Assembly: GCA_030704615.1 (NCBI GenBank) | Contig: CM060733.1 | Coordinates: 36,270,001 to 36,334,000, forward strand | Direction: 5' to 3' | DNA from: Takakia lepidozioides | Lineage: Eukaryota > Plantae > Bryophyta | DNA: 64,000 nt | In this document: piece after piece, positions 53,560-64,000 of the stretch | Position numbering within the stretch: the stretch's first letter is position 1 | Layout of the letters: every line of letters starts with the position of its first letter | The notes under the pieces: model-generated | Databases searched by the model: none | The model's input: only the letters and a program-made list of their open reading frames with translations | What the model was told of the DNA's origin: nothing | Position numbers and translations under genes: made by a program

Positions 53560-54500
53560 GGCATTTGTCTTCTGGACTTGTTTGGCGGGATCAACATCGG
53601 ATTGGCTGTTGTGTTACAGGCAGGTGTACGAGTTCGGCGTTACCTGTATGTGGAGGGGGATAAGACTGCACAACGCGTTTCACTTCGCCATGTTGCTCAG
53701 TTGGTGCAGCGGTACCCTGAGTTGTTGTCGGTGTCTGCAATTCATGGATATCAGCAGGCCTTGCCAGCAGACATTTCGTTGCTGGGGGCGCAAGATTTGG
53801 AGCGGGTTGGCTCCATTGATCTAGTAGTGGCAGGTTGGCCCTGCCAAGGGCATTCATCGGCCGGGCATGGCAATGGATTGCGAGACTCGAGGTCGGGTCT
53901 GTTTTGGGAGATGGTGCGGGTTTTGCGCCACTTGCAGCTTCATCAAGCTGTATCTCCAGCATACATCTTGGAGAATGTGCCACTGATGGGCGATTCTCGG
54001 GCCAGGGTGATGGCCAGTGTGCATCAAGTCCGGTCGTGGCTTGGGTCAGCAGTGTTGCTAAATGCAGCTATAGTGGGGTCACGGGCTCATCGTCCACGGC
54101 TATGGTGGACTAACTTGATGCCACCCGCACTGCTCAAGCGTGCATTTGATGGGGTGCAGCGGCCAGCACATCTCACAGTGGATAGCATTCTGGACACAAG
54201 GAGGCAGTCTCAATGTGTGAGACACGATGACCGTTCGCCTTTGGCAATGGTCAACAAGGTGGGTCAACCACGAGCAGCATTACCTACACTGCTCAGCTTC
54301 CCAGGATCGCATGCTTTCCGGGATAGTGGACCTGGCCTCCTATGGGATGCTCAGTTGTAGTAGTTAGTGGAGCCTAATGCTGACAAGCGTGAGCAGGCAA
54401 TGGGTTTTACCACTGGTACCACGGCGGTGTCGTCTCTTTCTGAGGCATCACGTCGTCAAGTGTTGGGGCAAGCAATGGATCTCATTTGCTTGACCTGGAT
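53560..54500 (+). pseudogene. C5 cytosine DNA methyltransferase domain (DNMT3-like) inside pol
   Basis: Motif I LDLFGGINIG, IV GWPCQGHS (53839-53847), VI ENV (53971-53979), VIII RAHRPRLWW, IX/X REQAMGF...SRRQVLGQAM. Same frame as the protease; TAG TAG at 54358-54363. Confidence 0.92.
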
Positions 54501-54859
54501 TATCAGCTTGGCTATGGCTGAGCAACGCAGAGTGCGGAGTACACTTCCCTCGATGGTCTATCTGCCTACCGAGACGATACATGCAGTGAGTGGGGGCGAG
54601 CATGTGAGGACCACGGGGTGCATGCATCCATGGCACACGTGGGAGGTGCTCGAGGTTCAGAGGGAGTTGGCAGCCAAGGCGGCTGTGATGGATGAGGTTG
54701 GGGATTCTTCTCGGGTTGAGGAGGTCCTCAAGGATGAGATGATGGGGTAGGATGAGGCCTTGTCATTGATTGAGCAGGTAGGGAGTACTGCTCAAGAGGT
54801 TGCGGCATAGCAACCACCGGACGTGTCCTCTACCTCTAAGTCTGCTGGACTTAAGGTTG

Positions 54860-56274
54860 CAGTTACGAAGGGCAATTGGGAGCCTGACGTTGGACCTATT
54901 GTCACTAGAGGAGAGAGACGACGTATACGGCGGTTCCTGAGGCTTACAGGAATTGCTTTGCCTCTCGTGCTACGGTGGATGAGCATGAGAAACATGTTTA
55001 GGTTGTGCATCGGGTTTGGTCAATAGGGATGCGGATGGATTGCGTCGCAATCCATGCACGAGCCAGCAGGATGACACTGGAGCTCGGTGGCATGGTGAGA
55101 CGGACGAGGAGATGGTGCCGGGATGGCATGCATCTGCCTTTTTGTGCATCTTGGCATCGGGAGGTCAGGTTGGACCTACAACAGGGATGACTGTAGACGG
55201 AGTGTTTGAGGACCCTAAGGCTAGTGATGAGCCAGGTGGTGCCAAAGATATACATGAGGATTTGGCTGTGTTGGACTACCTCCGCACGGGAGACACGGCA
55301 GCCACTGTGACTGCCAAGGAGAGGGATCGGATCCTGCAACAAGAGGTTCAAGTGGGAGGGGATACACCTACTTCGAGTGTGGGAGGATGGTCGGGTGAGG
55401 ATTGTGCCTCACCCCACACAGCGTGCACGGTTAGTGCGGCATGCCCATGAGGAGTTGGGGCATTTTGGAGTGCGACGCACTCACAGTTTACTGCAAGGGC
55501 AGTATTGGTGGCTTGGCAGAGAGAGTTGTTTAGACGGTGAAGAGGGGTTTGCGCAAGTATGGCTTGCAGAAGGGACACCTATGAGATTGGGATCTTCAGG
55601 TTCCTTGGTTAGCCATGGGCTACAAGTTCAGCAAACAAGCATCACTTGCCTCCTTCTCACCATATTTCCTTCTCTTTGACCGAGAGCCGGATTTGCCTGT
55701 AGCCATTCGTAGGGACACTGCTCAAGTCCTTAACCTTGACGATCCGGACGTGTGGGTACATGCATGTGATCAGCGTGCAGAGTTGTTCAAGAAAGTCATG
55801 CCCATGGCTTTTGAGAACCTTGCCATTGCACAGCACCGTGATACGTTGAGGTATGCCACTATACGTGGTGGAGGATATCGTCCTGGGGTTCGGAGGTTTA
55901 GCCCTGGTGACTATGTTTATTTGCAGCAGACTGCTCCTACGACTCTGGATGTTACTGCAGGGCGTGTTATTCTGAGGGTTCAAGAGGTGTTGCCCTCAGG
56001 AGTCCTGATCTTGGAGGGTCGGGATGGCATGACTTGGAAAGACCATGTGCGTAATTGTGCGCCATGTCACCTTCCCAATGTCGATGGCAGAGTTGACCCA
56101 AACTTGGCAGTGGTACCTGCAGGTTTGAGGTGCATGCTCTGTGGGTCTGCCAAAGAGGCAGCCACCATGCTGGTGTGTGATCGATGCTCAAGGGGTTGGC
56201 ATATGGGATGCTTGACACCACCTCTTGAGAAGGTTCCTGACGTAGATTGGTTGTGTCCACACTGCTTGGGATAG
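54860..56274 (+). pseudogene. RT/RNase H scraps and integrase (zinc-binding region, GPY/F-like tail) with C-terminal PHD finger
   Basis: TVDEHEKHV (RT scrap), VNRDADGL.R (RNase H end), HAHEELGHFGVRRT..LLQGQYWW, FSPYFLLFDREP, FSPGDYVYL and CMLC...VCDRCSRGWHMGCLTPPL..VP..DWLCPHC. The RT and integrase catalytic cores are deleted. Confidence 0.85.
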
Positions 56275-57532
56275 TGGCAGTGGACATGACTGGAGGCAAC
56301 TAATAAGACATGGGAGGCCAAGCTCATAGAAGTCAATACATGAGATCCCAAGCTCAAGTTCACAGGTTGCAAGACGGCGACTAATGATGGGGCAACTCTT
56401 GCACCCGGCCTCTTGATCTATCGAGTTTGAGTGTAGTAGGGACAGTGGTGGAGGACTTAGTGAGGCTATGGTCACTATCACATCTTGTGGCTACCTGGAC
56501 TTAGAGGGACCTAAGCACCAGCTAGGGGGGCGATTGTGTGGACTAGTGACTGCCATAGTGGGCAGCATAGTGGCAGCCTAGTGACTGACTAGTTGTAGCC
56601 TAGTGGTTGGACTAGTGGCTGGACTAGTGGCTGGACTAATGATATACTAGTGTGTGGCGTGCACATGTGTTGTGTGGTTTTGTACAACGATGTAGTTGTG
56701 TAGCGATACGTATGTGCACGACAGCTGTCAAGTTATTTTACCACTAGTGTGAAACTAGCTAGGAAATAGCTAGCTTTTACATATTGACATTTGGGATTGG
56801 CCCAAGTGTCAATCCAGGGGTCAAGGCAGATTTAGGCCCTGGAGTGGTTATCTTCACGGCAAGCGCGGGAGGCTCATCTTTCTCGAGTTGAGCCTCACCG
56901 CGCCTAGCTATGGCGCCGTAGTGTGGATTCCCCATGGCGTGGGGTGCACTTGGCTTGACTTGTATTTGAGTAAAGAGGTTATATATGCATGAGTTTATGC
57001 TTCAGATTTGTGAGCTCGTACTTGTATTCTTCTTCTTTATCATTGTGTGGACTAGTGACTGCCATAGTGGGCAACATAGTGGCAGCCTAGTGACTGACTA
57101 GTTGTAGCCTAGTGGTTGGACTAGTGGCTAGACTAGTGGTGGACTAGTGATATACTAGTGTGTGGCGTGCACATGTGTTGTGTGGTTTTGTACAGCGATG
57201 TAGTTGTGTAGCGATACGTATGTGCACGACAAGGGTGCCATAGTGCCACGTCTTCGTCACCATGTCATCGTCGCCACGTTTCGTAACCACGTTTCGTCGT
57301 CAAATTCTTTGGAATCTGCCCGGACTGCCCGCCCGAAATATTCCAATAGAAATCGTCACGCCAACTTTTTCGGAACTGCCCGCAATGCCCAAATCTTGAT
57401 CTTTGATCTTGGTCTGCGTTTTTTGCCATTGTTCATCTTGCAAGCTGCAAGCTCTCAACGAATTAAGGAAATCCATGCTGAGTTTTTGAATACATGTTTG
57501 TAATTTGTTTTTACTCATCCCTGCTTTGATCA

Positions 57533-59813
57533 ATGCAGCAAGAATTAGCAGAGGCAGCTGAGAAGGGGAAATCCAAATACTACCGCACTACAACAGAGGA
57601 ACTTAGGACATCAAAGGGTGTGGAGGCAGCAATGAAGAAGGAGTATGAAATTCGGAGAACCAAACTGATGTCCTCCTTCTCTAAGCAGCTTAGAATAGTA
57701 GATCTTGGCCTTGGAGAGGAGTTCCTTCTGCAGATCAAATCTCACTATGACAAGCACGTGCACCCGGAGATGCAACATGAGAAATTGCACAGGCTGGCCA
57801 TCTCCATGGTTGACCCCAAAATTAGATGGCTAGAGATTTGGAACTCAGATCAGATAGTGACTCGAGCAGAATTTGAAGGACTCGAATATTTCTATTGTTT
57901 CCCCGCCTGCAATGACATTGGAGGCATACATCAGGAAGTGGAGAGGTCTCACTTGGCGTTACTGTTTTTTCCGGGAGTTTTCGAAGGATGGTAACATTTT
58001 GTGGTCAACGACTTTGACAGTCAGGTTGGGGGGGAGTGGGCCATGATGCGAGTTGTGTACAGATGAATTTCCAACTAGAAACTATGTTGCATCAGCTGAG
58101 TAATCCTAAGGCGTTGTTAGAAGGGCTCTTCACTGATAGGAAGTGAATGTCGGTGCCGACATTCACTTCCATGACTGTGAGCTCTTATGGACAGAGATTT
58201 CATTCACTTGGATTACGGAACTTAGGGTGTGTTGGCAGTGTTCTTGAATGGCATTTTGTGACTGTCGTTGACAACCATGGCATCCAAAACTAGTGTAAGC
58301 TTCTATACCGAGAGATTTCTTGTACATTTTCTAGGCTGCCCAATAGTTCTATGCAGTGTTTCTCTCACGAATTTCTGAATGTCAGTGCCGACATTCACTT
58401 TGAGAACAATGGGCTTCTGCATAGAGAGGTTGATTTCCAGTTTGTCTCTTGGTTCGCAGGTACACAAAATATGTGCTGATGGATGGAAATCACCTCAGTG
58501 GTGTCCCGGATTATCTTGACATGTGGTCGGACCCGGGAAACGATCCAACCATGTATACTGCAGGGATATTGAAGGACTGGAGTCCTGCACACTTCAGGGA
58601 CTTTGGTTGGTACCTGGACTGCCTTCCAGAGCACACGACTTTCCAGGAGCAGCAAATGAAATATTTGAACAATCATGCTAAGATGCTGGCACCTCTGAAT
58701 GATGAGGAGTACCAAAGAAACATAGCAGCACTGGTTGCCAAGGAGCCTGACGCTCAGGAAATAGCCCAGAAGGGCAAGAAGGGCGGGCGCAAACCCAAAG
58801 ACAAGGGTGCAGATGGCACAGCCAAGTCACCAACAAAGACAAAAGACAAAGACAAGTTGAAGGAGAAGGAGAAGGAGAAGGAGAAGGAGAAGGAAAAGGA
58901 AAAGGAAAAGGAAAAGGGGAAGGAGAAAGAGCAAAAGAGTGAGAAGGACTTCACCGCCGGAAGGTACACCCGCACAATTCAGTGCGTGTTCGATGCCAGG
59001 CCACACCCTTCCCATGCTGATTCTATAGGGGAGATTAAGATTGTCAATGAGGGATGGCTGGCGATGATGGAGAGTCAGAAGAAAGGATACACCGGGGTGC
59101 CTTCGCCTACTTGGGACAACATGATCTCATTCCTCAATCTGGTGGAAATTCAACTTTCTCTCTTTTGCATTCGTAAGTGACGTTGGCAGTATTGGTATTT
59201 GTTTCTTTGCAGTCATTCTTCTCTTCATTCTCAGATTGAACAGGTCTATCGCAGGTGAGCATTGGTCCCTCCTTTGTGTGCGGTGTGCAGAAAACGTTTG
59301 CTGCAGACATGGTCATTCTTGACATCCCGGACGGCCAGGCTATGCCAGACGTTCTTCCGAAGAACAAGACGCCAAGCTGGAACAAATACGATGACAACTA
59401 CTGGAGTTGGGTGTTCGGGTTCTGCAACTATTTCCTTTCTGATGCAGGGACACTTCTACTCTTTCAGTCTTGTGACAAGGATAGTCGTCAGGCATTGGCA
59501 TCGTATCTGAAGTCCTCTGGCTTTGAAATTCTGCGCACATGGAATTGTGTGAACATCCTCTACCTTGTGAAAGGGGGTTGTCCTGGTCAGCTGGTATGAC
59601 ACCTCCCTCTTAGGTGTGCTTTGTTGCTTTATTTCAATGTATTCTACAGTGTAACTCTACAATAATCTGTGATGATCGTCACCGATCATCAAACACACTT
59701 GACTGATCAGTTTGTTGCATGCCTATGTTTTGAAGTGTCAATCTACAAAATTCCATTGTTGTTTATGTTTCGCACCCTAACCTTCTGTCTTTCGCAGACG
59801 AGGATGTTCAAAG
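57533..59813 (+). pseudogene. Multi-exon ORF remnants of an unknown, possibly TE-borne gene with a KE-rich tract and a possible amino-methyltransferase-like segment
   Basis: ORFs 57533-57994, 58449-59180 and 59255-59599 are flanked by gt/ag sites. DMVILDIPDG...W...YWSWVF..CNYFLSDAGTLLLF. The next exon (TRMFK) is cut by the insertion at 59814. Confidence 0.45.
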
Positions 59814-60290
59814 TGTCAAGTTAAATAAGCACAGTGTGAAAACAGCTAGAATAAAACTAGTTATTTGTATTTAACACTTGGATTTAGGTCAAGTGTTAAA
59901 TCAGGTGTCAAGTTTAGTTTGACACCTGGTCCGTCTTATCTTCACGAGAGCGGCAGTCGCGCGGCTCATCTTTCTCGAGTTGAGCCTGCGCGACCAAGCT
60001 CCTGCATGCGGTTAGATTTGAGTGTGCTTATGTAGGGGTACAGGTTGTTGTGGGGTGGAGTCCCCATAGCTTGGGGTGCCCCTGGCTCGACTACTATTTC
60101 TAAGAGTGATGGTTTGGTTTTCATGTTTTGTGTAAACAGTGTGTTCGTTGGTTTTCTATCACTCGAGAAAGATGATCTCTTACCTGTGAGTGCAAGGTAG
60201 GAGTTGAGGGTTAGCACTTGCAAGATTACCTGTGTGAAAGTAGTGCTTAGTTTGAGAAGCATATCATTGAATGTGATCACAAGATTCAGC
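59814..60290 (+). mobile_element. 5' end (A repeat 59814-60161 plus PBS) of a third, diverged split-repeat retroelement
   Basis: Starts TGTCAAGTT with no B upstream; invariant ggctcatctttctcgagttgagcc; A ends tatca and is followed by ctcgagaaagatga. Confidence 0.85.
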
Positions 60291-61409
60291 GTGCCCTGAA
60301 ACGCCTGGAGGATGACGATGCCGGAGCCGCCACTGTTATTGCAGTCGCTAAAGCTACCAAGTCACCAGAGGCTTTGGAGTACACGAGGAGAGACTTAAAA
60401 ATGCAGCAGCAAATGCTAGTTGGCACCTATGCGAGATCCTTGAAGCTGGATGATTGTTTCCCCAGTAAGCTTATAGAGAAGCTCTACCGTGCAGCACGGA
60501 GCAGCGCTGGCAAGCTGTGAACGCTGATACCTGCACTCTTGCAGTCTTGGAGTCCAAACTAGGACACGGGGAATATGACCGGTCAACAACCAAGGTGCTG
60601 CATTTGATCAACAATCCTGAAGCGGAGGGAGCCCAGGCCACGGACTAGCTCGTCTCGTCTTACCCTGGGAGTGCAAAGGATGAATAGGTGAAGATTCTTT
60701 GGCAGATCAGAGCAGGGCGGAGCTCGTTGCGTTGACTGGCTAGCCGTTATATGGTCGACAGTCGCTTAAGCTACAGGGTTACGTTGCCGGGTGATCGATA
60801 TTGTTTCCAGGTCTTCATTTGGTGGGCATGCCGGGAGCGTGGAGGGATGACATTGAGACGGCAACAGAGGCTCAGCTGTGGAGGCAGTTCACATTAGCAA
60901 CGTGGCTTTACCGAATACAACAGCTTTCTGGACAAGATGCTTGCGAGGTTGTAGGGGTCAGCTGCAAATGCTAAATGCCACTCTGTTCACTTGCAGGTAG
61001 CTTCTGCGACAATCTAGTACAAACAACATGCACAATTGTAGCAGAAGGATGGTCAGACGAGTTCTCCAGGAAAGCTCTGAAATGCACAGGACCATTTCTG
61101 CTCCGTCTAATGGGTATGCTGTGTCTGTTGCGGCAAAGCTGTGACAAGCAAATTGTAGGCAGATCACCTTCACCTGCATGTGGTTTCATGTGCTCTTTGG
61201 AGACTTGTGTCTCTGTTCCTTATGAAAGGGCTGTTGCTATGGATTGCGACTGGTGATGCTCAGTTGAGTAAAGGAACGAAGTTCACTCCTCCGATGTTTT
61301 TGTGTGCAACCTAGTCTGTAATTGGTGCCAACCTGGCTTAGGGGGCAGCTGGCTTGTAGCTGAGGTGAAGAGCCGGTTGAATGCGGCCATTGGGGGCTCT
61401 ACCCACATT

Positions 61410-61836
61410 CTCCATACACTCAAAGGTCCCAGCAGTAACGGGCTCCACAATCAATGCGTCCTTGAGCTTTCCATCATCATCTTTTTGAAAGCAGTGAGCC
61501 AAGCCTAACACAATATAGTCATCGTCATTCCAGTCCGGGTCTTCTCCCACGGCAAAAGCCTTGGCAATCGCACAGGAAGGTTTTAGACTGTGCCTGGCAG
61601 GTTTAGAAAAACAGACAGAGGTTCCCGTCAGTGACGGCTCTACAAAAGGAGAGCGAGAAAGACGACTTCATGTGGATGATGAAGCTGGCTCTCCCAAGTA
61701 AGCCCTCCGTCAAGTGAACTGCATCTACTGGAGCTCGGCTCGACGAAGCCTTTGCTGACGATGCCTCTCTGTTGGAGATGGCGTCTACCGCCAAACCAGT
61801 TTTCAAAGCCTTCGAGTAACCTGCTACAAACGCCAT
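61410..61836 (-). pseudogene. Probable plastid-targeted protein of a cyanobacterial conserved-hypothetical type; frameshifted as read
   Basis: S/A-rich N-terminus from ATG 61836, then in another frame DDYIVLGLAHCFQKDDDGKLKDALIVEPVTAGTFECMEN, which I recognise from memory as resembling cyanobacterial and green-algal hypotheticals. Confidence 0.45.
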
Positions 61837-63094
61837 CGAAACAGCTACAGCCAGGAAGCGAAGCGAAGAAGACAAAAGACGTTGATGAGTGTAGAAGGAT
61901 AGCTTAGAAACTGATGGAAAAAGGCCGAGGTGGGCTGTCACAGGTATTCGCCATACAGGTGAGTGGGCTCCGTGAAGACCTCCAAAAAAAAAAAAACAAA
62001 AAAAACAAAACATGCCGGCACCTGTGCACTGCAGAAAAGCAATGGAGAAGGGAGCAGTTTTTAATGGCGAGAAAGTTTTGGTGTTAAAAAAAAAAAAATG
62101 ATTTTAAAAAAAAAAACCATTTTGATCTAATTTAAATGATTTAGAGCCTGGTTGGTCATATCTTTGTCAAATGAGCTCCGTTTGACTCAGTTCTTGAGGG
62201 GATAGCTGCAGAAAGGGGAAATCTACCTATCTAGACCTGGTTTTTGTTTTTGGGACTCTGCTAAAAATCTATGGAATTTTTTGAGTGTGAGTGTGCCACG
62301 AAATATCCACAATCCTGTTTCTAGAACCTGTGCTGGTCTATATGAGAGACAAACCTGTGGATGTACTCCTTGTATGGCTGGGGGAAATGAGGACGTAATT
62401 GAAGGGCAGGTCTCTTCTCTTAGCCTGTGCACACAAGGGGACAGGATTTATGTTTCCCAAGGAACTCAGATTGATTTGAGTGGAGAATAGTTGGACGAGT
62501 TGATTGCATACTGGGAGTCAGGCATTAGCAGTTGACAACAGACTGCTGTAGTTGGCATTGAGGGCCTCAATATCGCCTTGGACAGTCAGAACTCTGTTGG
62601 AGCCAGCAGTTCTCCAGCTGTAGGTGAAATACCAAAGTGGGTGAAAGCTAGGCTTGGAACACAGCCAAAGACAGCCCCGGGGACCAAGGTGTTCAGCCAC
62701 AAGGCCGTGGTGTACTGGAGCAGAGGAGCAGGAGCTACACAAGTTTGTGCAATCAGACATGGTTGCAGCCGGACACGCTCTGCACAAGGTAACCACGAGC
62801 GGGGGTTCATTGACAATGACAAGTTTGTTTTGCTTGAAGGAGATGCAGTCATTCGCAATGTGGACACGAGTTGATAGACTATCAGACCCTACCTTTGTTT
62901 TCTTTAATGTTCAGTGAGCGGGAGATAGGGGAGTATTGCTTTGTCTCTACCTGGCAGAAAGAGGAGGAGGGTTGGTTAGAGCGAGCTACTGTAGCTTGGG
63001 ACAAGGTTAGTGGCAGGTTTCTGGACATAGATATACCTCCTACACCTTACCATCACGCAGAGCGAGGCACTTTGAGAGAAGTCTGGAAGTTGAT

Positions 63095-63478
63095 AGCATA
63101 GTGGCAGTCTTGACCCTCAAATCCGAGGATCCCTCTGCCACTACACCTTCCACTAACTCCGTAGAAGATGAAATGACCTCCCCACTCTCACAGAGTGTTG
63201 CTGCTAGTCTGAACACTGCAGCTGGCCTTACCCCCGGCGTTGCAATCATTGTGGCCGAGAACAGTGGGGCCTGACACACAGAGGTGGCTGCCCCAAATAA
63301 CACACCGGCCGCACTAGCCTTGGCAGCATGAGTCAATGTTGCACGTGTAGCTCTCCCCAATGGCATAGTAACCTCCGCCTCGGTAACAGTCGGGCGAGAA
63401 CTAGGTGCCATGGATGGCGTCGATACAGTCTCCGCCAATGTGAATGACTGAGAAAGCCTCGCCTGACGGCTTGCCTGG
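63095..63478 (-). mobile_element. Inverted gag-protease linker fragment of the same retroelement family
   Basis: AETVSTPSMAPSSRPTVTEAEVTM...GSSDLRVKTAT is near-identical to 52300-52685. Confidence 0.9.
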
Positions 63479-63599
63479 AGTGATGACCAGCAAGACCACC
63501 AGTGTTTCTTCTATGGTGAGGCTGGGTTGATGACCAGCCAACCATAGGAGTTCTTGCGGTGGATGCAGGTGCAGGTGCCCTGAGCCATTGGGATATGAC

Positions 63600-64000
63600 C
63601 CTTAGACTGCAACAGGTGCCCACCCGTGTCACTATTAGATTAGTACTAGAGCCTTATAGTGTCACGTGGAGGAGGTGCACATTGTGAGTGTCATTACGGA
63701 GTTACCCAAGGGTTTTGAAGGGAGTACGGCTACAAGCAGTAACAGTGAGAGTGGGTTCACAAGACGAGGTATTCGGTTCAGACCACCTTCACCGCCACCC
63801 TCAATTACTGTAGAGTCAGACACAGACTCGGAGGCTTCATCAACAGGTGTGCACTTTCATTCGCCATTGTTGTGGGACGACATGGAGGAGATGTATGGAG
63901 CTACCAAGGGGCCTCGTAGGTACTCTGGAGCTGTGGGCACAATCGAGTTGGATGACTTTATCCAGGAGTTTGACAGCTGCTGTGATTTGCAGCAGATGCG
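63600..64000 (+). mobile_element. Probable gypsy gag N-terminal region, running off the window end
   Basis: KGPRRYSGAVGTIELDDFIQEFDS resembles the gag P..FSG...F motif. Confidence 0.45.

Larger units (their letters stand above)
49872..57231 (+). mobile_element. Ty3/gypsy-type retrotransposon with split direct repeats (A1 49872-50188; B1 56535-56723; A2 56726-57042; B2 57044-57231), DNMT and PHD; internally deleted
   Basis: TGTC...GACA termini, AGGG TSD, PBS at 50188-50204 and G-rich PPT at ~56524-56530. Remnants of gag, protease, DNMT, RT, RNase H, integrase and PHD are in gypsy order. Confidence 0.92.

Noticed and set aside
53239-54360. Bacterial restriction-modification methylase or contamination
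   Set aside because: The domain is in frame with the retroelement protease, inside a TSD-flanked element in plant DNA, with no cognate nuclease.
49872-57231. DIRS/PAT/Ngaro tyrosine-recombinase element
   Set aside because: It has an aspartic protease, gypsy integrase remnants, TG..CA ends and a 4-bp TSD, and no tyrosine-recombinase motif is seen. The internal deletions remain a caveat.
60290-60960. ORF-like GC-rich stretch after the third element (also 62400-63090)
   Set aside because: Multiple stops and no recognisable motif; probably TE debris, but unassignable.

Overview
Eukaryotic land-plant nuclear DNA, probably a seed-free or bryophyte-type plant (inferred from SPA, PLS-class PPR, pectin methylesterase and a cyanobacterial-type gene; species not determinable). 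Host genes that look intact: a 7-exon SPA1-family light-signalling gene (6943-11697 +), an At3g51640-like membrane/zinc-ribbon/coiled-coil gene (~41.4-43.3 kb -) and a U-box gene (~38.7-40.3 kb -). Most of the rest is decayed: PPR, OSB-like (PDF motif), pectin methylesterase and aspartic protease pseudogene fragments, Helitron ends, a LINE fragment, MITEs and a SWIM/MULE transposase relic. The standout is a Ty3/gypsy-type retrotransposon at 49872-57231 with a 4-bp AGGG target-site duplication, supported by an empty paralogous site at ~45080. It has four unusual properties. (1) It has split direct repeats A...B-A-B instead of two LTRs, although it encodes a gypsy-type integrase and no tyrosine recombinase is visible. 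(2) A DNMT3-like C5 cytosine methyltransferase lies in frame in pol, between the protease and the RT remnant. (3) The integrase ends in a PHD finger. (4) Its primer-binding site is complementary to a conserved hairpin loop in its own A repeat, suggesting self-priming. Two further family members (26.1-27.3 kb and 59.8-60.3 kb) show the same termini, so the architecture looks programmed rather than accidental. All calls are by-eye motif and sequence reading; no searches were run.
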